Assembly: GCA_048886185.1 (NCBI GenBank)
Contig: JBHLKY010000011.1
Coordinates: 120,001 to 152,000 of the forward strand
Origin: Candidatus Hermodarchaeota archaeon
GTDB taxonomy: Archaea > Asgardarchaeota > Heimdallarchaeia > Hodarchaeales > Hodarchaeaceae
Direction of reading: 5' to 3'
DNA length: 32,000 nucleotides
The position numbers and the translations under genes were made by a program. Of this stretch, positions 8,841 through 16,381 are shown one piece after another. Numbering within the stretch: position 1 is the first letter of the stretch; each line of letters begins with the position of its first letter. Under the pieces are notes generated by a model that did no database searches, was not told the origin of the DNA, and saw only the letters and a program-made list of their open reading frames with translations.

Positions 8841-10154
8841 TTATCTCCTGCTGAACTTGGGATCTTGAATTGATTGAACCTGCATTTGAGGTATTCCAGG
8901 CGCTCGATACACTTTTCTCCCTTTGAGAATATCGACCTGTTCTTTTGTGGCATAGAGATGTATAGGATGGCCTTGATAGTTTAAACTAATACCTTGCCAT
9001 TTTTTACTGTTAAATCGGAATAAATCACCCGTACCTGTCGCATTATCTTTATTCACTTTCAAGTCTTTGAATTCATCTTGGAGAATCTTTTCCAGGTTGT
9101 CGGGTAGCTTCTGATCGGTTTCAACTTTCTGCATAAATACTCTATCAGTGAGAAATCCCTTGAGGACAACCTCACTGAACTGATTCCAAAGCTTCGGAGA
9201 GCCATAAATTTCAACAGCAAGTAACTTGTCCCCATAGGCACAAATAAGACCAACTTGGTTCTCAAGTTTGATACCCGCAGCTAGCGCTTCCTGGAGATTT
9301 TTGAGATCTTCATCTATTTCGTACGACTTTTCTTGGATTTCACGAAAACTACTAGTAGGAGCATCTTCCGCAGCGAGTTGATAGGCGCCCATTGAAGCAT
9401 ATACTGATTCCCAGACAGTGGACTGATCCCCAGCTTTCGCAGAAACATTGGCCATTTGGGGGGCCATACGAGTTTTAGCTGATTTGAATTTTAATGACGT
9501 GGTTACACCACGAGAACTAGAATATCTCCATCGTGACTGTTCAATACATTTGGCGGGAATTTTTAACGGATTAGACTCATTATGACCAATGGGAATGAGA
9601 ATTGGTTCAAAAATTGTTCTATCCTGTTTACCACCCTCAACCTGATGAAGATATGGAATGAGAACTGGATTTTTACTTTTATTTATCGCCTCGAGAATCT
9701 CAACGCTTTCAGATCCTTCCGATTCCTGGATCCAAGCAAGTTCCTGTTCCTCTGCTTCGAGAAGCCCTAATACGGTTAAAGCTACTTCTGTCTTAATCAA
9801 AGGATAAACTGCAAACTTATCCTGAACTACAGGAGTACCGATATCAAAATAACTTCCTAAATCTTGAATTAAAGTTTGAAACTTCACTTTTTTCCACCTC
9901 TTATTTCTTTTTAAAATCTCCTCAGCAGATAGAGTGAGAATAAATCGCTCTGAATTCGTTGGCAATCTAGTAATCAGGTTCAATTGTTCTAATTCCTTAA
10001 CTCTACGATAAATAGTCGCAGTGGTAAGAGATTTATGACCCGATTTCGTGAAATGGGTGTTTATTATGGCAATAGTAATCCCAGGATTAATTCTTAGGTA
10101 AGCAAGAAGATCGATTGTTCCATCTTTTCCGAGAAGATTAGTGAAATTTTTCAT
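8841..10154 (-). CDS. Winged-helix fused to ARPP-1 (DUF6569)-like domain
   Basis: N-terminal ~85 aa wHTH (TATIYRRVKELEQLNLI). The rest matches my recollection of ARPP-1: FAVYPL, IQESEGSESVEILEAINKSKNPVLI, EGGKQDRTI, IPAKCIEQSRW, QSTVW, QVGLICAYG..LLAVEIYGSPKLW. ATG at 10154; an in-frame TTG lies at 10157. Confidence 0.8.
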   Translation of the reverse strand: MKNFTNLLGKDGTIDLLAYLRINPGITIAIINTHFTKSGHKSLTTATIYRRVKELEQLNLITRLPTNSERFILTLSAEEILKRNKRWKKVKFQTLIQDLGSYFDIGTPVVQDKFAVYPLIKTEVALTVLGLLEAEEQELAWIQESEGSESVEILEAINKSKNPVLIPYLHQVEGGKQDRTIFEPILIPIGHNESNPLKIPAKCIEQSRWRYSSSRGVTTSLKFKSAKTRMAPQMANVSAKAGDQSTVWESVYASMGAYQLAAEDAPTSSFREIQEKSYEIDEDLKNLQEALAAGIKLENQVGLICAYGDKLLAVEIYGSPKLWNQFSEVVLKGFLTDRVFMQKVETDQKLPDNLEKILQDEFKDLKVNKDNATGTGDLFRFNSKKWQGISLNYQGHPIHLYATKEQVDILKGRKVYRAPGIPQMQVQSIQDPKFSRR

Positions 10155-10160
10155 CAATTG

Positions 10161-10213
10161 TTATCAAAAAGTGTAATTATTTAAATATTTCGATTTTTAT
10201 CAAAAAGTGTAAT
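10161..10213. repeat. Exact 17-bp direct repeat ttatcaaaaagtgtaat x2 (10161-10177, 10197-10213); candidate operators
   Basis: Read directly from the sequence. Period 36 bp; the copies bracket the BRE-TATA. Confidence 0.9.
10178..10192 (-). promoter_or_regulatory. Archaeal BRE-TATA promoter of the ARPP-1 operon (predicted leaderless)
   Basis: Minus strand cgaaata-tttaaata. The TATA box ends about 24 nt upstream of ATG 10154. Confidence 0.7.
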
Positions 10214-10224
10214 CAATTTTCAGA

Positions 10225-11724
10225 TTAATATTTTTGAGAAAATGATTTTCTTCGTTTAAGAATAATAACTAAAAGTAGGAAGAATACAATTATGGAAGGA
10301 GACTCAAATCCAGGAATGAGATTTGGTGGATTTGACTCATTTTTGTTTTTGGTTTCCTTACTTGTGTTAGTAGAAAGAGTATTCATTGAGCTTGATACAT
10401 CCTCAATAATTGTGCTGGTGATTGAATCAGTGGGGGAATCGATTACTTCAGAGATCTTTAACAGCCATATATCACCATTTCCAGCGCCATATGAACGCGT
10501 CATTCCCACGATGATAAAACTTCCATCCAGAGTCGGAATAAGAGAATAAGCACGATCTATATCTGATCCACCAAAGGTCTGGTTCCATTTGATTGTTCCA
10601 TTACTATAAGTCTTGACAAGCCAGATATCTTCATCACCAGCCCCATAAGATTCAGTGTCACCAACAATAAGGAATCCACCATCAGGAGTCTGAATAACTG
10701 AATGAGCTTGATCATGTCCCAATCCCCCATAAGTTTGATCCCATTCTACAGAACCGTTGGCATAAGTCTTCACAAGCCACATATCCGAATTATTAGACCA
10801 GTAATTTGTTACCCCAGCCAAGAGGAATCCGTCATCAACAGTCTGAATAACATCGAAGGCATAGTCACATCCAGTTCCCCCATAGGCTTGATCCCATACC
10901 ACTGAGCCATTGGCATAAATCTTTACCAACCACATATCTGCATCATGGGGATAAACTGCGGAGTCTACCGAGTAATGATAATCTATCGTCTTACCTGCAA
11001 TAAGGAACCCTCCATCAATCGTCTGAATTATGGAGTAACCACTATCATCCTTTGATCCATAGATCTGATTCCATTCAACAGATCCATTAGCATCAGTCTT
11101 CACCAGCCACATATCCATATTATTAGGACCAGAGTAGTCTACTGTCTCACCTGCAAGGAGGAATCCTCCTTCTGCAGTCTGAATGGCCGAACGAAGAAGA
11201 CTATTTTCATCTGTAACCCATTCTGTTCTTTCAAAATAATAAGACTGACACCATTCTACAGTTCCATTAGCGAATAATTTCAAAGCTGATCCCCTATCGA
11301 GAACAGGAAGCATATATTGAAGTGAAGAGGTGCCAATTAAGAGGAAACCTCCATCCTCAGTTTGGATGAGGTCAGAAGCCCAATCAGTTCCCCAGATGTC
11401 ATAAGTCTGATTCCATTCCGCCGATCCGTTGGCATAAGTCTTTATAAGCCACATGTCACGTTCATCAGTCCCATAAGGACCAGTGGAACCAGCAATGAAG
11501 ATCCCACCATCAGCTGTCTGAATTGCCTTAACAGCAGAATCCGCTTCAAGTCCACCAAATGTGATATTCAGTTGAATTTGAAAAATATCATTATGTCCAT
11601 TCGTAGTATGATAACTAAATAGTATATAGTCATCATTTTCAATGGCTCCCAACCCAAAGAAGTGTAGACTCAGAATAAGAACGACAAGGGCAAAACTTCC
11701 TCCCATCAGTCTCTTTTGGTGCAT
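10225..11724 (-). CDS. Secreted/surface 7-bladed beta-propeller protein with S/T linker and PGF-CTERM-like anchor
   Basis: N-terminal hydrophobic signal, seven ~50-aa repeats (IQTxDGGFLxxG...DMWLVKTxANGSxEWxQxYG), S/T-rich linker, then IPGFE + hydrophobic helix + KRRK. Confidence 0.85.
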   Translation of the reverse strand: MHQKRLMGGSFALVVLILSLHFFGLGAIENDDYILFSYHTTNGHNDIFQIQLNITFGGLEADSAVKAIQTADGGIFIAGSTGPYGTDERDMWLIKTYANGSAEWNQTYDIWGTDWASDLIQTEDGGFLLIGTSSLQYMLPVLDRGSALKLFANGTVEWCQSYYFERTEWVTDENSLLRSAIQTAEGGFLLAGETVDYSGPNNMDMWLVKTDANGSVEWNQIYGSKDDSGYSIIQTIDGGFLIAGKTIDYHYSVDSAVYPHDADMWLVKIYANGSVVWDQAYGGTGCDYAFDVIQTVDDGFLLAGVTNYWSNNSDMWLVKTYANGSVEWDQTYGGLGHDQAHSVIQTPDGGFLIVGDTESYGAGDEDIWLVKTYSNGTIKWNQTFGGSDIDRAYSLIPTLDGSFIIVGMTRSYGAGNGDIWLLKISEVIDSPTDSITSTIIEDVSSSMNTLSTNTSKETKNKNESNPPNLIPGFESPSIIVFFLLLVIILKRRKSFSQKY

Positions 11725-11948
11725 TCATATCCCCATTTCTTAAGAAAATTCGTATTATATTAGTTTATCCTTAAATGAAGAGAGTATTGAGATACAAATA
11801 ATTGTGAGAGAAAGAGGTTGCAGGTTTCAATATTCTTAAAAAGAAATTAATAGTCAATGTTCAATATATCAATCCATCATGACAAATTAAGTCTTCTGAT
11901 AAAAAATCCATCACCCGTGAACGCACAAAATTAGGAAACGAAACAAGA

Positions 11949-12329
11949 ATGAGTGAACAAAAAGTTATTCTCTTTGTGAAATCGGTAAAAATAAGCCCAA
12001 CTTTAGTTGACCAATACGGTGGAGTAGGACCCTGTAATCGAGGTACAGGATACTTTTGCGTCCACAATGCTGTAATGAATTTGGAGGACAAACAGGGGCG
12101 TACAGGACATTATTACCCAGAGAAAGATTGGAATGCTATGAATATCGCAAAAAAAGTGGCGGAAACAGAGCAGTTGGAAGTAGAATTCGTTGATTTGGGA
12201 ATATCATTTTGGAAACGACTGAAATATCGATTCCTTCAATTAGGGAAAACCCCAAGGTTTATTGTAAATGGGGAAAAACTTCCAGAGATCTCAACAACCA
12301 AAGAATTAATCAACTATTTAAAGAAGTAA
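11949..12329 (+). CDS. Small hypothetical protein, possible thioredoxin-like fold with Cx7C
   Basis: 126 aa, the only sizeable plausible ORF in the gap. GPCNRGTGYFC near the N-terminus; VEFVDL...KTPRFIVNGEKL resembles the cis-Pro region of glutaredoxin/thioredoxin folds. Confidence 0.65.
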   Translation: MSEQKVILFVKSVKISPTLVDQYGGVGPCNRGTGYFCVHNAVMNLEDKQGRTGHYYPEKDWNAMNIAKKVAETEQLEVEFVDLGISFWKRLKYRFLQLGKTPRFIVNGEKLPEISTTKELINYLKK

Positions 12330-12330
12330 G

Positions 12331-12352
12331 AAAAAAAGGGGGAGAAAAGGAA
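12331..12352 (-). terminator. Oligo-T terminator between convergent genes
   Basis: Minus strand ccttttctcccctttttttct after the MFS stop at 12361. Confidence 0.45.
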
Positions 12353-12360
12353 ACTCATTC

Positions 12361-13797
12361 CTAATCAAAAGGAGCCCTTTTGCCTGCTACATATTCTTGA
12401 TGGCGATCCTTAATCAACATAAAGAAGGAAAAACCAATTAAAAACAAGATTAACAACACAAGAATACCTACTTTATAGGCAAAAGCATTAGACCCAAAAC
12501 CTTGGGCAGAAGCGAAGAAACCAATCACTCCACCAAAAAGAAGAATCCCAAAGGCACTACTCCCTTTCCCAGCGAGTTTACTAAAGCCAAAGTACTGCCC
12601 AATCTTATCAGGGGGCGCCAGCTCAATGGTCATAGTCCGTTGAACCACCCAAATAGCACCCATGCCGAAACCGACCAAAATAGCCATAAGAAAAATTGTA
12701 AAGCTAGGCAGAAAACTGAGAAAAAACGGAAGTTCGACAGCGGGGTCAAAACTTTCAGCAAAAATCGGAATTGCTAGAGCGACCAACCAAACAAGCCCGA
12801 CAACCTTAGCCAGAAATTTAGGCCCTTTACGATCTGCAATGGGACCAGCAATCCCCGTCAATAACACTGCAAAAACAACACCAACAAGAAGTAAAATGGT
12901 GGCAGTGGTCTCATCCATCCCAAATCCCTCGACAGCGGCAGGTTTCATGATGTTAATGACAGTCTGAACAACATCCACAGCAAAAAACCACCCGATAACA
13001 AACCACCGCATATCTTTATAGTGCCAAACCTCTTTAGCAGTACCAACAGTCTCAGAGACGGCAGAACCAAGTAAGGAACGGAACCCAACCTCAGCCAGAC
13101 GATTCCTGCCCGCTCGTTCTCGGGTCAATAAGAAAGGAAGAGCAATTAAGAGAAACCCAAAAGCACAGAGGAGCCACATTTCATTTAGATGACCAATCCA
13201 CTCGGGACGAGGACCTAAAACAGTGTCATATTGATCAGTAGGAATAGTACCAATGTCATCAGGAAGATCAACAGCTTCGCCAAAAAACGCAATAGCTGCA
13301 AAGTTAAAAATAACTGCAAAAAAGGACCCAAAATACCCTAACGCCACACCAACGGCAGAAACCCAACCTTTATCCTTGTCATGACAAATACGAGGAATCA
13401 TGGTATCATAAAACAGATTACCCCATTGATAAAAAATGTTGGCAGAAATAAAGCAGAATAAGGCAATGAAAATGTTGTCAAAGAGGAAGACAATACCCGT
13501 AAACAGAATGGTGAGGGAACCAAAGAGGATCGTACCAGGTTTACCCTTACCATTGTTATCAGCGATGGTACCCATCACAGGAATGGTAATGGCAACAATA
13601 AAAGTACTCAATGAGACAGCAATGCTAGCCATAAAATAACTCAGACCATAATCAAAACCATTCAACATACCTAAGAGGGTACCATACTGTAAGATGGTCA
13701 TAGACACAATACCCATACTAAAGACAGTATTGGCAATATCATAGGTTGACCAAAGAAGAACATTCACCTTAGAGGTACTAGGAAAAGGATCAGACAT
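12361..13797 (-). CDS. MFS transporter (UMF1/Atg22-like)
   Basis: WSTYDIANTVFS, PVMGTIADNNG, N.FYDTMIPRI, VSAVGVALGYFG, GPIADRKGPK, RTMTIELAPPDKIGQYFGF; about 12 hydrophobic segments. Likely ATG at 13797 (the ORF track extends to 13830). Confidence 0.9.
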   Translation of the reverse strand: MSDPFPSTSKVNVLLWSTYDIANTVFSMGIVSMTILQYGTLLGMLNGFDYGLSYFMASIAVSLSTFIVAITIPVMGTIADNNGKGKPGTILFGSLTILFTGIVFLFDNIFIALFCFISANIFYQWGNLFYDTMIPRICHDKDKGWVSAVGVALGYFGSFFAVIFNFAAIAFFGEAVDLPDDIGTIPTDQYDTVLGPRPEWIGHLNEMWLLCAFGFLLIALPFLLTRERAGRNRLAEVGFRSLLGSAVSETVGTAKEVWHYKDMRWFVIGWFFAVDVVQTVINIMKPAAVEGFGMDETTATILLLVGVVFAVLLTGIAGPIADRKGPKFLAKVVGLVWLVALAIPIFAESFDPAVELPFFLSFLPSFTIFLMAILVGFGMGAIWVVQRTMTIELAPPDKIGQYFGFSKLAGKGSSAFGILLFGGVIGFFASAQGFGSNAFAYKVGILVLLILFLIGFSFFMLIKDRHQEYVAGKRAPFD

Positions 13798-14160
13798 AAT
13801 AAAAGCTCCAACAACAGATAAGGCGGACAACCCAGAAGAGGCTAAGAGTGTTTCCTAGAAATAATACTTGGAAGAGGAAAAACTATAACAGGTAGAAGGG
13901 AAGACTAATAGTTTAAGCTATTTAAGGTGTTTAAATAATTAATATTGATAGATATATCCCAAGGAAAATACTTAAAAATTCTCGAAAAGAAGAAAAACAT
14001 GAAAAAAAACATCACAACTAAAGAATATTCAAGCAGCACTTTCCATAGCTTGCCATAGAATTTGCCATAGCTTTATCATCATGGAAAATATTCTATAATA
14101 TCAGCGACTGGACAATGAGAGGAGTGCAGAAACGCACCGAAAAACACTTTTGAAAGCCAT

Positions 14161-14209
14161 GGGCTTGCAACGAAATGAAAAGATTTCTTTTTAACTCCGT
14201 TGCGAGCCC
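14161..14209. repeat. Inverted repeat / long hairpin (gggcttgcaacg ... cgttgcgagccc)
   Basis: 12-bp arms at 14161-14172 and 14198-14209 with one mismatch or G-U pair; inner aaaaga/tctttt pairing; followed by a C-rich tract. Confidence 0.75.
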
Positions 14210-14737
14210 CTCCCTCCCCCCTATGTTTCTCTTTTGATGATTGGAATGATCTAAATCATTCTTCACATATTTTATTGATTCTCTTTTTTTTTCTCCTAAT
14301 TCTATTCACTTTCCTAACTTTCTTTTCTCAACAGGAGTTTTAAAGTCATTTCTCATTTCTGGAATGTGGTAAGCAGTACCATAAAACCATCGTTAGATAA
14401 TTTTTTAAAACTGAAAGCCCAGCTGATGTGTCAGAACAAAAAAAGACTTTTTTCCCTTGGCACGTCAGTACTATTCTATTGCTGAAATTGATAACTTTAT
14501 GGAATTTCTATAATCAGGTTGTTTTTTATCAAATAACAATTTTAATACTGTGTCTAAATGTGTATTAACTGAAAAATATGGTTGAATTTTTGTTGAACTC
14601 AATGCTAACTCAATTGTTGCAATTTCTATTTCTAATGTTAATAGAAGTAATAATCCCATTAACAACCCCATAACCTGACTGTTCCTATGCTAAAACATAG
14701 TTACACGAATTCGCAATTTCTCTGAGTTCATCTCCAT

Positions 14738-16204
14738 CTATATTCCAAGCGTCTCTAAATTTTCTTTGACCTGTTTCATTTGTTCTGGGGTGATATCCCA
14801 TAATTTCCAGAACACCAGTGCAGCTATCAGCATCAATAGCGCAGGAACCAACCCAAAATGAGCCATTATTCCCCAATTTGCCATTTCGCTCTGTGTTGCA
14901 ACATCTGGATCAAACGCGGTGAGGGTGTGAATCAACCATAACACACCAAATTGTATAACTGTCACTAACCGCGAGAAAAAATTCCAAATCCCTAGATATG
15001 TGCCTTCTTGTCTTCTTTGAAATTCTAGTGCAGATGAATCGAAGAAATCCCCTTGAACAGGGATTCGAGATATTACTATTATCCCCCCTATTATCCCCCA
15101 TCCCGCGGCTCCAAGCATGACGAATGGAACGCTTTTTTGAGCTCCAAACATCAAGCTAAAGAAGATTAGTAACACAGGAAGAGGACTCACTAATAAACCC
15201 CATTTAAAGGCTTTCACATGACCGAGTTTCCTAACCAACCAGAAGTAAACAGGGATAAATAGTACTGTAGTTAGAACATAGGGAAATGCGATTGAAGCTA
15301 TTGTTTGGCCGAATTCTGGAGACTCTCTATCTTGAATCCCCAAGATATAAGCCACGTAGTAAGGTTGACTGGCATTGATCAGTGCTAACGACACCGTCAT
15401 ACAAAGCATAACAATAGCTAAGGCAATAAAGGGTCTGAGTTTGAATGCTTGCCTAATATTGCCAATGAATTCAGAAAAAAAGGATTTTTCTTCTAGTTTC
15501 TCACGATAATAACTCTCCTTAATCCATTCTTGTTCCTTCAGACCTGGAAGGGATAAAAGAAATGAGATCAATACACATACAGCTATGGCGATACTCATTA
15601 CTAGATAAGAGCTAGGATCAGGTGTTAGTTGAGCAATAATAGCAAGTCCTAGGAAAGGCCCAAGCATCATGAAAAGGTGAACAAAGGCGCCCAAGCTGAT
15701 ACGTTCTTCTTTACTCCGGAATTTTACTGGGAGGAGGGCATTATAATTGACTGTAATGGCAGAAAGAAAACCATCATAAGCTGAAAGAAAAATTAAAAAC
15801 CAGAAAAATGTGAACCAACCATCAAGAAGACTAATGCTAGGAGGATAGAATAATAAAATGAGGGATAGAAGCAATGGAACTAAGCATCCCGCAATCCAAG
15901 GAACCCTTTTCCCCCAGCGACGAGTAAACCTATAATTCTTATCAGATAGGTATCCTACTAATGGATCATTAAACATATCCCAAACCGTGTACAAGATACT
16001 AGCGAGAAACATCATTCCGATGTCAAGACCGATTAATGTTTCATAGAAAAAGGGATATTGTTGCGTAACAACAATGGTCATTGCATTCAAACCAAACATC
16101 AGGATTGCAAACGAAACATAGGTTCCTACAGAATATTTTCGTGTACTACTAATAAAATCTCTTTCTCCCATCATTAGTTCTTTTGAATCACTCATTTCAC
16201 TCAT
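14738..16204 (-). CDS. MFS transporter, GPH/MelB (glycoside-pentoside-hexuronide) family
   Basis: WDMFNDPLVGYLSD..RFTRRWGKRVPWI, Y.ALLP...ER, PFIALAI, RRQEGTYLGIWNFFSRL, FGLVPALL. Confidence 0.9.
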   Translation of the reverse strand: MSEMSDSKELMMGERDFISSTRKYSVGTYVSFAILMFGLNAMTIVVTQQYPFFYETLIGLDIGMMFLASILYTVWDMFNDPLVGYLSDKNYRFTRRWGKRVPWIAGCLVPLLLSLILLFYPPSISLLDGWFTFFWFLIFLSAYDGFLSAITVNYNALLPVKFRSKEERISLGAFVHLFMMLGPFLGLAIIAQLTPDPSSYLVMSIAIAVCVLISFLLSLPGLKEQEWIKESYYREKLEEKSFFSEFIGNIRQAFKLRPFIALAIVMLCMTVSLALINASQPYYVAYILGIQDRESPEFGQTIASIAFPYVLTTVLFIPVYFWLVRKLGHVKAFKWGLLVSPLPVLLIFFSLMFGAQKSVPFVMLGAAGWGIIGGIIVISRIPVQGDFFDSSALEFQRRQEGTYLGIWNFFSRLVTVIQFGVLWLIHTLTAFDPDVATQSEMANWGIMAHFGLVPALLMLIAALVFWKLWDITPEQMKQVKENLETLGI

Positions 16205-16381
16205 ATTGTTTTCCGTCCTTTTGATTACAAGCTGTACATTATATTTGAGAAGGGAAAATCATATTACATGAATTTTTTAACATAAAGCATTTTAATATTC
16301 TTTAACTTAAAAAAACACTGTTCAGCAAATCCTCTTTAGATCTCTATTTTATTGTTGGTATAGGGTCAATTTTAGCTGTGA

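Noticed and set aside
10430-11540. Recurring ~150-bp nucleotide repeats that might suggest a CRISPR or mobile repeat array
   Set aside because: They are degenerate and in frame, and correspond to the propeller blades of the coding sequence.
12502-13639. Several plus-strand ORFs (91, 101, 67 aa) inside the MFS gene
   Set aside because: The T/G-skewed codon usage of the MFS gene depletes antisense stop codons. The products are K/T/N-rich with no motifs.
13830-14470. tRNA, SRP RNA or RNase P RNA in the long intergenic gap
   Set aside because: No cloverleaf, T-loop GTTCGA or SRP helix-8 motif was found, and the structured part is too short.
14471-14740. Three in-frame TAG codons after the GPH transporter, suggesting amber read-through or pyrrolysine
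   Set aside because: TAG is a genuine stop elsewhere in the window (e.g. 8175, directly before the vWA start), and no Pyl machinery is visible.
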